Below, in pieces: positions 15,147 to 32,998 of a DNA stretch of 64,000 bases (position 1 is its first letter; each line of letters starts with the position of its first letter). The notes under the pieces were generated by a model. That model worked only from the letters and a program-made list of their open reading frames with translations. It did no database searches and was not told the DNA's origin. The translations under genes and the position numbers were made by a program. The DNA is from the human T2T-CHM13v2.0 reference genome, Homo sapiens: assembly GCF_009914755.1 (NCBI RefSeq), contig NC_060926.1. One strand, 5' to 3'.

Positions 15147-16787
15147 TCAAACTATATTCTCTACCTTATATTTAAGCAAGCAGAAAAACACATAATCCAT
15201 TTTAGAATGATTTCAAATTTAAAAAAATTATAGGTCAGATACTCAAAGGGTTAAAACTTCAAATAAGGAGTAATGTTACCCTTCTGGCAGCCAAAGTTTG
15301 ACTCAATAAAAACAGGCATATTCATTGCATCAACCCATAATCTCTTAACATTTGATTTGCCTCAAAATTTCAGTAGACTATTGGTGAAAACATGGTGAAA
15401 AATCTCTTCATATGAAAATATTTTGCTTTTGAAAATACTGTCAAAACTTGCATAAATATTTGACATTCATTCTAAATAATAAAACAATGTCTCTTTTTCC
15501 CCTTCTCATACGTATGTAAATCAATGATGCTTTATCAAGGATAAAAATACCATTAGATTTAGACTTCACAGAATTGGAGACAACTCACAAGGAACTAGAC
15601 ACTGAATCTTAAACATGAAAGGAAGAAAACTGAAAAGCTAAAAGTAATTTGATGTTTCTTTTTTTCTTTCTTAATTCAACTCTCACATCTAACTCTTAAG
15701 AAAGGATACAGCTTATTCTTTTATCTTGCTGAACATTGGCTTTTTACGTTTTATCTTCTTCTTGAAAAGATTTTCTCTACTAGAATAGGTATTTAAAGTC
15801 AAGGCTATATACATTCAAGAAGTATAAGCGTCTAATCTTTAAACATGTCATTTTGATCCAGCATCCAAAGTTGTATTAAAAAGCACATTTACAGATAAGT
15901 TCCTTCACAGTTGTAGTGACTGCACATGAGCTCATCAAGTAAGCCTTGGGGAAACAAAGAACCTCTCTCCTCCTCTCTTTGGCAATCGGCTTATTGCCTA
16001 TTACTTGCATCTCTCCCCTTCAACCACCTCTGCATCATCTTCAACCAAATATACACCACTCAAACTGCTACCCTTAATTTCACTCCTACAAATAAGCCCT
16101 GTTTGTTTACTGTTCACCATTCATTATACCATGAGTGAAGGACAGAGATGAATCATACTCAGCCCGTAGCCATCAAGGAGAAGTGGTGGAGGGAATGTGA
16201 AACCAATAACTATTTCACAAAGGACACAATCCATGTCTCCAATGATATAAAAGCGAAGTGCTTCAGAGTGCTTTGCAAAAAGCAACTAATTTAGTCAAAC
16301 ACAATATAAAAACATCAGCAGTAATCAAGAATAATCCCTATTGCTACAATTTTTCTAAAATTCCCTGGTTTTAAGTTGGACAAGAAGTGCAATATTCCTT
16401 TCAAAGAGATACCAGCATGTCACAGATCTCTATTTTTAAAATATGCTTGATTTGCATATACGAAAGCATGGGCTTTATTTTAATGACCTGCAATCTCTAC
16501 ATTTGTTTCAGTCCTCCATGCAATATGCATGTTTACCTCCTACACTTAGACTCTTGGTATGATTTTTCCTTAATGAAATAACATAAAGCAAAGAATCATA
16601 GAAAGCATAATATTCTACTGGGATCCACAGCACCCCCATCACCTACAATGTTGTTGCCACAACTCTCCTACTTGATCATGTACAGGACTCAAAACTGTAA
16701 TCATTAAAACCCAGATGATCAGGGTAAAGGAATTTAGGGTTGTTTTGAGGTTGTTTGACAATATTTACACTTGGAAAAGTTAAGGAA

Positions 16788-17671
<884 letters not shown>

Positions 17672-17892
17672 TAGGCGTACAACTCAACGAATTGAAAACA
17701 TTTATGTTATCACAAAGTCAAAACAAGAAACTCTAAAAGCACAGATCAATTAGAACTGTGTCCTGGAGGCACATATCTGTTTACCATGGTGACAATTTAC
17801 ATTTAAGATGAAGAAGCACAATGAATGGATTGTGGTAGGAGTGCTTAAACTATCAGGAGCACCCTAACATGTTTAGTTTAAGAACCAGTGTT

Positions 17893-18180
17893 GGCTGGGC
17901 ACAGTGGCTCACGCCTGCAAGCCCAACACTTTGGGAGGCTGAAGGAGGAGGATTGCTTGAGGCCAGGAGGTCAAGACCAGCCTGGGTAATATAATGAAAC
18001 CTGTCTCTACAAAAAATACAAATAAAAATTAGCCAGGTATGGTGTCACGTGCCTGTAGTCCTAGCTACTCAGGAGGCTGAGATGGAAGGACAAACTAAGC
18101 CCAGGAGTTTAAGGTTGCAGTGAGCTATGAATGCGTGCCACTGTACCTCTGTGCCTGGGCAACAGAGCTGTCTCAAAAAA
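17893..18180 (+). mobile_element. AluJ
   Basis: Diverged Alu with J diagnostics. Confidence 0.9.
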
Positions 18181-18628
18181 AGAACTAATTGTTTACCAGT
18201 TCAAGGTAAATTGAGCAAAATACAAAGTGGTTAAAAAATGAATATATGCAGACTGATTTTGTAATTATTTAGCTGACAATGGCTACTCTTGATCATTTCT
18301 GTTTGTCTGTTTCTTTTATATTTAAGTAGCTTCCATAAAGCCTTTGCATAGACAACAATGTAATTTTCTTATTGGATAGCCCTAAAAAATGGCACTAAAA
18401 GATTATGTATTACTTTGGCTTTGAATTGTGAAACAAAGCAGTAAGAAATACTTGCCCCAATAGTTGCTTACTAACATAGCATACCAACTATGATAGGGAT
18501 CCACAGCATCATTGTATATTTCCCCACAAGCAAATCATTACACAATGGAAGGCTGCTACACCCTTAGGGACTTGCCATTGTTTGCAACAATATGGTGGGC
18601 ATCACACATTTAAATATTGCAAAACCAG

Positions 18629-18972
<344 letters not shown>

Positions 18973-19858
18973 TCAACTAATTTGTCATTTTGGCTAAATT
19001 ATTTGCAAATACTAGCTTATCTATTGCTAGACAGTGAGCAAATTCTATTCTCCTAATCCTACACTACCTCTGAAACCTCTTCTTTCATATGTGTAAATTA
19101 AGTTTGATAGCTTTCCTGAAAACAGGAAATTGTTCAAAAGACTTAATTTTTTCTTTCCTGTCATAAAAAGTGTAATAGCTCAAGCTTCAGAGGCGAGAGC
19201 TGGGGAACGGTGGAATGAGAACCAAGAAAGACAACGACATTTTCTCTCGAACTGTCTACTTCAGACAACCTTATTCCAGATATGAACACAAACTGGACTC
19301 GCTGCTAGCTCACAGCCTCTATTGTAAGCATAAGAAAGAGCAGAAATAAGACAAATATGCATTGTGCCTTAAATGCAAAGGAAGTGGCTGTAACACTAAA
19401 AGAATGATTGCCCAGGGGCCAGATTAAATAAAAAATCTAGGAGTTTGGAATATCTCAAATCATGTATGAAGTACAGAAAATATTTTGTTATTGTGACACA
19501 ACAGCCTCTCTTCTAAAAGGAAAATAAACTTCAGGAAATTGAACTTCAAAGATGCCACTGTTTCAGTCATCAAAATTGGACATACCGTACTGTGTATTTT
19601 AAAGGAATAGTGCCCCCGTGTGGTTTTTGACAAGATTTCAGAAAATGTTCAGCGTTGTCTCAGAAGTCACAGTTACACTTGTTATACAAGAAACAGTGAA
19701 TTTTTCTTGTGTGGATTTATTTTTAAATGTGATTACAGATGTGTTTGCAGTATAGTAGAAAAACGTCAGAGCTGTGAAGAGCTGTGTTTGCAGCGGGAGG
19801 GTTGCTCCATCTATCTCCGTGTTTAGTAAAGAGGATGTGAGGACAGGACGTGCACAGG

Positions 19859-19872
19859 GCGCCCCCTGCAGG
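19859..19872 (-). promoter_or_regulatory. Candidate CTCF site
   Basis: Minus strand CCTGCAGGGGGCGC matches the core CCASYAGRKGGCRS with one mismatch; lies in a local CpG-retaining patch. Confidence 0.6.
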
Positions 19873-20230
19873 TGCTGATGCAGCCGACACCTCTGGAGGC
19901 GCAGGGCCGAGGCCACCACAAGTCACTTGGCATGAATGTCCACAGAGCTTCCTAGGAGCTACCAGAAGTGAACCACATCTCCCCTCTTACCTGCAGTGGG
20001 TTCACACACTCTGCCTTTTCTCGTTGTTGTGAACAAACTGACCAAATCCCTTACAGACCGGCCCTTCCACTCGAGCACTGGATCTTACTCCAGGACAGGG
20101 CCCCAGCAATTTTCCTCCTTCCCTCCTGAATCTTCAGCGTCTTCCTTTCCACTGGACTGTTTCCATCAGCGTCAACATATAAACATGCTATCATATTAAT
20201 AAAAACCCTCTCTGGGCTCCACTTCTCTAG

Positions 20231-20534
<304 letters not shown>

Positions 20535-20730
20535 TCCACTCCCTTTTACTGCTATAGTACCTAGAAGAATTGTCCATATTAACTGACTCTAACTTCAATC
20601 TTTCCATTCTCTCTTGAACCCATTCCAATAAGGCTTTTCTGCTCACTACTCCAGACCAAAACTGGTCTTACTGAGGTCACCAATGGTATCCATATTGTTA
20701 AGTCCATTGGGGAATCTTGGGCTCATCTAA

Positions 20731-21215
<485 letters not shown>

Positions 21216-21472
21216 TGAACAAATCAAAGAGCTTACAATCTAGCAGAAGAAACTGTAATTAGATAGATTTTAAATATAAAATCAGGTATTCACAAGTTAT
21301 GGTCAGGAAAGCCTCCCTGAGTTTTCAAGCTCCTCCCCTGCCACCTCCCCTCCTGACTCACACCAAGGGAAGTGACAGGAAAGCCATGTGCTACCTCTTT
21401 GGCTCCAGTGGGAAGCTCAAACCACACAAGCTTTGGCCCCAGCCCAAACCACTGACCACCATAAAAGCCAAA

Positions 21473-21726
<254 letters not shown>

Positions 21727-22889
21727 AAAAGCCAAAGCCAGTTGCCCTTGAGGCTCTCAAGCCATTTTCTAACCTGCCTGAGAGCCTGCCCAGCTCTCCT
21801 CAGAGAGCTTCGATTTGTGAGTAACAGATCTTTTTATACCTTCTTAGTGCACAGGTAGCACCCTCAGCCTCAATATCACAACTAAATTTTAGGTCAGAGG
21901 TTGACACCTGCTCCCTTCTACAAGGGCAATCACAAGACAAGGATCGCCTGAGCAGAAACCTAATCAAATGAGGGGATGAGGGAAGAGCAAAGAGGGCATG
22001 ACCTACAATCCCCTCTAAACTCAAAGCAACAATTTAGGACTGGGAACCCCAGGAATTCAGATGATGGATACTGAACCAAAGGGTTGTGGATTTGTTCATG
22101 ATTACTGCCATCTCCAGACCAGCAAAGGACACAACTGGGAAAAGCTGCACTACAAAATTTAAAATACCTAAAATATGGAAGTGGAACATGAACAAGTACT
22201 TCATCAGGGCCCAGATTTACATGTGCCCCGAATGAGTCAACATGAATTCTCCCGACACCCACTGATACCTTCGTGTGTAACAGCACAAGCCTAACTAGTT
22301 CTACTGTAGCCTGTGGACAAATCTCTCCATAACTGCACCTTTCAATACTTAACCTATATGATTTCTAGATAATGATATAATCATGTAATCATGTTATCAC
22401 AATGATTATATATAACCATATCATTTAAATTTGTCTTTCTGCGAAAGAAGAAGGGAGTATTATTTTAATTTGTTTTCCTTGGAATCTGACCAAGGCTGAG
22501 ACCAAATGAGCAATCTGTTGGTCAAAAACATTTCATTTATAACCACGTGGTGAACAGCTTGCAGTGAGATTTGGGAGAGTCACAAGGAAAGGAGGAGCAG
22601 ATCCTTGCATACAGTGTTTAAAATCTAATAAGCAACAAGGAGCTCACACAAGTGGGTATTAGCCAAAACATGATAAATATATACAAATGCTCCAGCTATT
22701 TTTGTTGTGTACAAGTGCTAGGGATGGAAAACTAAAGAAAGTATTTGTCCAAGAAAGCTTCATAAAGGATGGCACTTCTGAGTAGCTTTGAAGAAGAAAA
22801 ATCCAAGTAGCTTGGGAAGACATTCCATCCAGAAGAAATGGATTAAGGCCAAGAAGATAGAGTGTGTTGGTGACATGGAAACAAAGGCA

Positions 22890-23831
<942 letters not shown>

Positions 23832-24300
23832 GTCATGCATCATGATAACAAGAAAAGAGCAAATTACACAAACAGGTGCACTGAGTAGAGAATGCTGAAG
23901 TGCAAATTCAAGAAGCCTCATTTTCTTTTTGAGGCAATTGTGAGCACTCTTACCTTCTTTTTTTTTTCTGATTACATTTCTACTCTTCACTTTATTCACT
24001 GTTTAGTTGCTTCTAAAATAGTTTGAGGATTATATTAACACAGTCTTGAAAAAATAAAATTCACACATAGTCAAATAACACTGTAGGACATGTTTGTTAA
24101 GACAAAAGAAACACAACATTGAAAATACTTGGACATTTTTCATGCTTATAAGACACTAGATTTATGTTTACATTTTTTCATCAATATTAATAGTATAATT
24201 CACTATGTATAGATGAAATTTTACAAAAGATCATCATTAATTTTTACAGATATGATCTCATAATTTTAGAAAATTTTGTTTCCATTGTTATTGAAAAGAA

Positions 24301-24744
24301 TTTTATGTATTTATTTATTTTTCTTATACTTTAAGTTCTAGGGTACATGTGCACAACGTGCAGGTTTGTTACATATGTATACATGTGCCATGTTGGTGTG
24401 CTGCACCCATTAACTTGTCATTTACATTAGGTATATCTCCTAATGCTATCCCTCCCCACTTGACAGGCCCCAGTGTGTGATGTTCCCCTTCCTGTGTCCA
24501 AGTGTTCTCATTGTTCAATTCCCACCTATGAGTGAGAACATGCAGTGTTTGGTTTTCTGTCCCTGCAATAGTTTGCTGAGAATGATGGTTTCCAGCTGCC
24601 TCCATGTCCCTACAAAGGACGTGAACTCATCCTTTTTTATGGCTGCATAGTATTCCATGGTGTATATGTGCCACATTTTCTTAATCCAGTTGGAACCAAC
24701 CCAAATGTCCATCAATGATAGACTGGATTAAGAAAATGTGGCAC
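24301..24744 (-). mobile_element. L1PA4/5-like 3' end with 5' inversion
   Basis: Antisense L1PA 3' UTR and ORF2 end up to 24690, then an opposite-orientation L1 segment at 24691-24744. Confidence 0.9.
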
Positions 24745-24992
24745 TCTCACCTTCTAAAATTGATACTGATGTCAAGCAAGGTTGGGGAAAGATGATTCAT
24801 TCACTGCACAGCCTCAGCCCTGGGCAGAAAACACAGCAGTAACAGGGAAGTGGATACAAGCAGTCCAGGAGAAAGGGTACTTGGGGTAGACAGGCGGTAT
24901 TGCCACGGGACTAGCAAGATATTTTACAGATGAAGAAATAACAATTTACAGAGAAACTTCCTTCCAGAAAGAAAAAGAGGAACCAAGAGAAG

Positions 24993-25092
24993 AATGACCA
25001 TCATCCTGATGTGCCCAGAACTCTTTCAGTTTTAGCACCTAATATTGTACATCCTGGGAAACCCCTCAGTCCCCAGGACTGTTGGTCACCCC
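24993..25092 (+). mobile_element. MER81-like hAT-Blackjack MITE
   Basis: tgacca...ttttagcac...gggaaacccctcagtccc...gttggtcaccc. Confidence 0.7.
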
Positions 25093-26532
25093 ACAAAGGA
25101 CACTTCACAAATTATTAAATCTGAACAAGTAACAGGTACAAGATATTATGATGATGACTTAATGACCGAATAAGACTCTGAGGGTAAATCAAGATTTAAA
25201 TTGCAGTTACGTGTTATACAATGCATGTAGTTCAGGCTGGTAGGAGGACCTTCCAGAAACTGGAAACATGGGACTCTGAGGATGAGAGAGCACACGCAGG
25301 TGAGCGGAGACTTCTTCTCCTCCTAATATCCCACTGTTGACGGGTGCTGTGTTATCTGTACTGTGGCCCCTCTGCAGCACAACCTGAGGGAGGAAGGCAG
25401 GTCAGACACAGCCAGGGGCTTGCTCAAAGGCCTGGGACCAGGCAGAGGAGGATCCACAGATGGAGCTCAGGTCTCCTCATCCTTAATCCTAGGCTTTCTC
25501 CCCTGCCCATCAGCCCCTCCCGGCCGCCATTAATCCTCGGATTTCAGAGTCCTGATGGCCTCTAAGGAGTGAGAGGACAGTCAGCAGGGTCTCTGCTAGA
25601 CCCTGAAGAGAGACCTGGAGTTAATGGTAGAGAACTAGGCAACAGGAAAAAGAGGAGGTTTTAAAAATTATCCATATTTTTGAAAACTGATATTTTCCTC
25701 CATTACTAGAAAACTGCCCTTTCTGTTGGCATTAGGCTCTCTAAAAGGGAAGCACCGTGCTGACAGTCTTGCCAAGCCAAGGGTGAAAGCCTCACAGCCC
25801 GTGGCTTGCTTGAACGAAGGCTCCATCAGGGGACAGCAAACTCCCTCATTTCATATTCAGGCAAGAGCGGAGAGCAACAGAGCCTTGATGATTCGAGTGT
25901 CTGGATCCTTCTATAGTGTGGGGAAAGGATGTGGCAAATAGAGAGAGAGAAAAAAGGAATAGGAGGCACATGACCAAGTCTGATTTTTTCAGACCTTCTG
26001 TTAAAACTGCCCCACAGATGGCTTCAAAATATAGAACCAGAGACTGTGGAGAGCTGGAAGGAATCCCCTTCCCCCCGTCCATTATCTTTGCTCCACGGAT
26101 AAGAAATTGGCCTGAGAAGGGAAGGGACTGACCCAGGCCACACAGCCAGGAAGGGGCAACAGCCATGTCTCCTGACTCTCAGTGTAACATTTTTTCCCCT
26201 AAAATACATTGGACCAAAATCTACTTAGCAGCCCATGGAAATGAACAAGTAAATTGTTAACTTGCTACTAATTTTAGCTATCAACTATTGATGGTGGCAC
26301 ATCTAACTCAGTCGGTCATGATTTTAAGAAAGCCACAATTAATTACAAATTCCTTAAAAAACACAAATAGAGACTATGGTTTAACCATATATTACCGAGA
26401 CATTTTAATACAACTTTATTTTTAATAATAGGGAATTCAAAAAAATCTAAATGCTTTTTTGCTTAATGCATTTTCTCTCTCCAAAGAAAGTCTCAATATA
26501 CTTTATATGTTTCCATCTTAAAAAGATTTTTT

Positions 26533-26829
26533 AGGCAGGGTGTGGTGGCTCATGCCTATAATCTCAGCACTTTGGGAGGTTGAGGCAGGAAGATTACTTC
26601 AAGACCACCCAGGGCAATATAGTGAGACCCCCCCATCTCTACAAAAACAAAAAAATTAGCTGGGTATGTTGGTATACGCCTATAGTCCTGGCTACTCAGG
26701 AGACTGAGGCAAGAGAATTGATTAAGCCCTGGAGTTCAAGGCTGCAGTGAGCTATGATTATGCCACTGCACTCCAGCCCGGGCAATAGAGCAAGACCCTG
26801 TCTCTTAAAAAAAAATAAATAAATAAAAA
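26533..26829 (+). mobile_element. AluJ
   Basis: Diverged J-type Alu with a small internal deletion. Confidence 0.9.
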
Positions 26830-26859
26830 GGTAGAAAAATGAACTAGTTTGGTGTAGAC

Positions 26860-27070
26860 AGGTTCCCCTGCAGAGGTTCTGCTTCAGGCCTAAGTGAGGC
26901 AGTGGCAGCCAGGCAAGGCCCTGGAGAACAGCATGCCAAACAAGAGGAACAGACAGGGCCAAGGTCCCCAGGTGGGGAAGGGACTGGCATGCTTGAGAGC
27001 AGAAAGAAGACCCAGGCGGCTGGTTAAATAATGAATGAGGAGAAGCGGGGTGGGGGAATGAGGATGAAGA
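26860..27070 (-). mobile_element. L2 fragment
   Basis: agcatgccaaacaagaggaacag...caaggtccccaggtggggaaggga...ggcatgcttgag. Confidence 0.65.
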
Positions 27071-29004
27071 GGCATGCTTACACGTTTTTACAAAAGGGCA
27101 GCTTTTGACTTGCTGAAGCAAATGAAATGCTTCCATTAAATCCCCGCTTGGTGGTGTAGACGGGCTGCCACCACCTCTCTGAAGTGACTGAAAACAACAG
27201 GGAGGGGACTGAGGGGATGCGACCAGCATCCTAGAAGAGCAACTTCAGACTCCCTCCTTCAACTCCAGCAGCCACAGTTGCTTAGATACCCTTGTAGTTC
27301 AGGTCTCCTGAGGTCTCCACATGGCTTCCAGCTGCCTTTCTAGCACGTGAAGATCCTACCCTATCATCCTCTGCCATTTAAGGCGAGAGGCAGATTCACT
27401 GTGATCTGGGTAAATACCATTTCCAAAAAGGAAACCGGCACCCAAACCTCCCATCTTTTTATAAATTCTCCTGCACAGACGGTATAGTCTCAAAGGACGT
27501 AGGAGCCAAACTTGGGGAAAAAAAATTTTCTCCCCTATTTAGAAAGTTCTAAATAATCTGACACAACATTCAGCTAGTGGGGGTGTGAGAAAGTGGGAAG
27601 GAGGACTTTAAGGCCAAAGTCACATGAAATAAAGAGAAAAATGAAAAATGTAAGCTTTTGCCCTTTTGTGAGGACTTCTCTAATTCTCGTGGTATTTCAG
27701 ATTTCCCTCAATCAAATCATTCACTCCTTCAGTTTGTAGGTAACAGACATTTCCCTTCCTTATTAACAAGATGCAGGTAGTTAGCAACATAATAGAAGCA
27801 AGAACTTTGTATTGCTTGGTGTGTCTGGGTCACATACTATTTTTAATTCCTGTCTCCTAACACCTGGGGGGGAAAATTAAGTTCAACAGTTCCTTACACA
27901 GGAAAAAAAAGAAATGAGCATTTCTCCCTCACTAACAGGCAGCACTTCCAAATAAAACCTGTCAGGCTTAAGAGCAAGATGGACTCGGAGTGGCTTTCTC
28001 CTCATTACTTGTCTCCCAACAGGTCTATTAAATGATCGGAATGCCCAGGGTTGGTACATTTAAATTTCATTTCAAATTAAAATCCCAACAGAAGTCACGT
28101 CTTGCAAAGTAGGTCTTAAAAATACTTCTATGCTGGACACATGAGACCTGCAGGGGAAGGAAAAGCAGAGAGTGGATGCAGGTGGCAGTACCTAGTGAAC
28201 TAAAAGCTCTTGAAGTCTCCATTAGGGCCCTCACACAGGGCTCTGGTGAAGGGTGATAACAAGGAAGGGACCAGGCCACACAGCAGGGGAACTGAGAGCA
28301 AGGACAACGCTTATCCTGCAAGAGCAAGCTAACCTTGCTGCCTGCTCCGGCCTCTCCTTTATTTCAAGCCGTTACCACAAAATGGGCAAGCGGCTTCCCT
28401 TGCAGAAAATCCCCCATCATGAAAAGCATCGCATAAATTCCATTCTCACTTAACGATCTGTATATGAATTAGAGAATGTGGGTTTTGTTTTTGTTTTTTG
28501 TTTTCCTCTCTAGATGTTTGTAATCCTGCCTTTAAAACACCAGGGGATGGCATCCGATACAGAGTTGCTGCTTTCTACAACAGCACCCCCACAGTGCTCT
28601 TTTAAACACACTAACCCCTGGGGTAAGGAAAAAAAATTATGAGGAAAAGTGTTCCCTGGCTTCTTAGTCTCTAATAAGTACTGTGTGGTGCTGCTTCACT
28701 GGGATCAACTGGTTTCAACTTTCTATTCTCAGTGGCATCTACAGCAGGCTTGAGGCAGAACAGTTGACCAAAGGAACCGTGAGTGCAGCTGGAGTCCTGG
28801 GAAGTCCGCGGCAAAAGTATTGGCAGTGGTTGATCAAGTGGCACCTGCTGTTAAATGAACAAATTCCCCATTTCCAGACCTAATCACAAATTGGCAAGTG
28901 CACTTTATAATCCAATGCCCTTCAAAATCCCAAACCTCCGGGCAGGAGAAGGAAAGTGACGTTCAGTGAGAGACATAATGTCTGACATCAACTCCACCAT
29001 GTTA

Positions 29005-29599
<595 letters not shown>

Positions 29600-29729
29600 T
29601 CAGATTAACCAACAGACATTTCTCAAGCTTTTACCCCTCAAGCATTTGAGTTTAAAACTTCAAGAATAAATTAAATTCTCCATAAGATTTTTAAACTCCA
29701 TCATATCATTGAGAATAAAACTGTTAAAT

Positions 29730-30505
29730 GTGCACACTGTGTTCACCGCAGCATTATTCACAATAGCCAAGATGTGGAAGCAACCTAAATGTCCATCTAT
29801 GCATGAATGGATAAACAAAATGTGGCGTATGCAGACAATATTATTCAGCCTTAAAAAAGGAGGAAATCCTGCCATATGTAACGTGGATGAAACTTGAAGA
29901 CGTTAAGTGAAATAAGCCAGTCACAAAAAAGATACTGCATGATTCCACTTATATGGGGTATCCAAAGCAGTAAAACTCTTAGAAGTAGAAAATATAATGT
30001 GGTTGCCAAGCACCGGGAGGAGGTGGTAACAGGTAGTTGTTGTTCAATGGATATAGAATTTCAGTTTTGCAAGATGAAAAAGTTCTAGGGATCTGTTGCA
30101 TAATGGACTGCATATAGTTAACACTGCTGTACTGTACACTTAAAAATGGTTAAAATGCTAAATTTTATGTTTTGTTTTGTTTTGAGAGTCTTGCTCTGTC
30201 TCCCAGGCAGGAGGGCAGTGGCAGAATCTTGGCTCACTGCAACCTCTGCTTTCCAGGTTCAAGCAATGCTCTTGCCTCCGCCTCCCAAGTAGCTGGGATT
30301 ACAGGCGCGCGCCACCATGCCTGGCTAATTTTTGTACTTTAAGTAGAGACAGGATTTCACCATGTTGGCCAGGCTGGTCTCGAACTCCTGACCTTAGGTG
30401 ATCTGCTCTCCTAGACTTCCAAAGTGCTGGAATTATAGGCATGAACCACTGTGCCTGGCCAGTAAATTTTATGTTACATGTTTTTTACCACATTAATTTT
30501 TTTTA
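29730..30505 (+). mobile_element. L1MB-type 3' end split by an Alu
   Basis: gcagcattattcacaatagccaag...gttttgcaagatgaaaaagttct...cacttaaaaatggttaa. Confidence 0.87.
30170..30460 (-). mobile_element. AluS/J
   Basis: Antisense Alu; TSD taaattttatgtt. Confidence 0.93.
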
Positions 30506-30902
30506 AAGTGTTAAGTGTGGTGAAAGGCAGATTTCAGTGAGGATGTCGACCTCTAGAAGCAGACTTTCCAGAGTCTTGGAAGTAATATTTCTGGGTTACT
30601 TTAGGCTACTCAGACCATGTTTAGAGTATTCTGTCTTATTTTGGACACAACGGCCTTGGACCATGGCTGGAGGACATGTCAGTCTTGGCTATGCCTTCTA
30701 GTGTAACATAGAACAAGTATACTCTGCCATGACATGAGATTCCTTCGAAGAGTTTCACCTGACAAATATTAATTGAGAATCCCAGGAAGTGCACTAGATG
30801 CTAGAAAGCAGCTATCATGAACTTCAGCTTCAAAAAGGCAGTGAACCTGAGCAGAACTCTTATTTGGGTGTTTCTATCTCCAAACGTTCTTGATGGCCTT
30901 AG

Positions 30903-30916
30903 CCACAAGATGGCGC
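30903..30916 (+). promoter_or_regulatory. Candidate CTCF site overlapping a YY1 motif
   Basis: CCACAAGATGGCGC fits the CTCF core with one mismatch; contains CAAGATGGCG. Confidence 0.55.
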
Positions 30917-32998
30917 ATGTAGACCATTTCCACACTTGCGGCTCAGGCCAGTTGATTCTTGCGGGGGCATAGGTTCCCAAGCACTTATGTAGGGTATTCT
31001 TCCCTGGGCTTCTGTTTTGTTACCTTCTCAATGAGTGATGTCTGAGAAGCTTGGTTTGGTTAGAAATAATATAATATCCTGCTTATCTCCTTTGAACAAG
31101 TACTCAAAGGTGGATATTAACAATAACACACTTGCTATACCTAATAATATAACAAGACTCTCCTTTGAATATGAATCAGGGAAGTGCTTCTGTGGCAATC
31201 TATATCCCGTCAATTTACAAACTGAGTGATTGCAAGAATAAATAAATCCTGCTTTGGCCCAAATGTCAATCTTTGCTAAAGAAATATGTCTGTGGACATT
31301 ACAGAGGAATCGTGCCGTTCTTAAATCTACTTACACCCTGCTTCTGCAAATGCTTACGTATCTGACTTGTTTTAAGGTATTTCAAAGCCAAAAGAGAGGC
31401 AAGAAATAAATGCTCACACATTTTGAAGTATTCCATGAACAACTGAATAATGTGACCTTCTGACTCCCAGTGAGCCTAAATTTTTCTCATTCTTCTTGCT
31501 TAGACCAAAAGCACATATCCCCTCTCAGGTGAAGGCACAGCATTTAGGATGACACTCTTCTTTTCCTAAGGATGGGAGGGAGAGAAAGAAATGCTCTAGG
31601 GAGACATGGCCTCCCTCTGAGACCTAAAGGGAGGAGGGAAGATTTTTCTTCTCCCATTTGGTCAAAAGTCAGCCAGGGGAGCCACCGTGAGCCAAGACCT
31701 CAGCAGGCCTGCAGCACTGCTGCTCCCCCCTCATCCTTGGAGCTGCTCACCAACTGCTACAGCAGGGAGCTGGCCGGGCCCCAGCCTGCAGTGAACACAG
31801 AGCCAGGCTGCAACAGCTGGATGCAGAAGGGAACCACCCCCAAGGAGGCCGTGACAAAACGCAGGGCCCAGGGAATCTTCAGCATTCATCTGGCCAGGAA
31901 AACTGGGGAGGATCAGAGGGCCCCCAAAGAAATGCATGTCAGGAACCTACTGGGATCTACCATGCTGTATTTGGAGGCAGGAGGTGGGGGTAGCTTTCAT
32001 AAATCCTGCCAATGGCAAAGTTCCTAAATTCTTCAAAGCATCAAGGATGCTGGCCTGCAATGGGAATGCAGAACAAAAAGTCTTGTAAAGTAAGGGGTTG
32101 GTGAGCTTGTAATTCTGGGGTTTGGTAACTCTCACACCAGAGTGTGCACAAGTTGCTGAGAACCACGCAACAGCCCTCCCCGGCCTTTTCCAAGTTCTGC
32201 TGCTTGCCTTTGGCCTAATGAGCCAAATTCAGACTGTATATCCCCAATGCAGCTTCTACTGACAGACAAGGGTTTGGCAAGAAGCTGGAATGCAGCTTGA
32301 TTGCAGATAATGAATGTGTTCAGCAGAGATGATGAGCACCTGGGACACAGGCTTCTACCTCAGCACCGAGTCTGGCTGGGAGATGGAAGAGGATAGGTGT
32401 GCGTGAGCAGCTGGAGGCACAGAAGAGGAAAGGCCCACTACTCTGCTGCAGCCTGCTGGCTCGTATAACAGCTCATTAACAGCAGAGGCTGAGACTTCCT
32501 TTTCCTCTTTCCACAAAAGACATGGCAATAAAAGCAGGACAGGCTGCAAACTCAGCCATTTTCAAAGACTCATGGCATGTGAGATTGGGAGGAGGGTGAC
32601 CAGCTGTGGCCACATAGATGGGGACAGAGGCCCTGACTGGTGCTAGGACACGTTAGTGGTGGAGAGGGACAGTTCCCTCAGGCCTTCCACCTCCCAGCCC
32701 AGGACACTCTGGACAGGAAATCTCCCCCTCTCTTCCCAGCCCTGTATGTCCCCACCCCAAGAGGGTGTGACACTTCCTCATGTTCCCTGCTGGCCCATTG
32801 GCTAGAGCTCTGGACGGATATAGAGGAAAGATAATACAGTAATTCAGAACTGAGGTCATTGCTTGCTTAGTTAATATAGGGATAATTAAACAGCATTTAA
32901 AGAAAATGGTTTAGCTGTATAAGCAAACATTTCCTTGTATTTAAAAAAAAGCAAGAAACATAGTTTTCTGAGGTCTCTACTTAAGAATCTTATTATTG

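Noticed and set aside
22269-22310. Possible 42-nt minus-strand exon (ATVELVRLVLLHTK)
   Set aside because: Weak acceptor and donor with no supporting homology
22371-22425. Short inverted repeats in an AT-rich stretch
   Set aside because: Low complexity; such matches are expected by chance
23950-24300. AT-rich block resembling an old DNA-transposon interior
   Set aside because: I could not assign a family or find termini
31335-31475. Open minus-strand frame ending at a GTAAGT donor (AHWESEGHII...KHLQKQG)
   Set aside because: The upstream AG has no pyrimidine tract and the peptide is unrecognised
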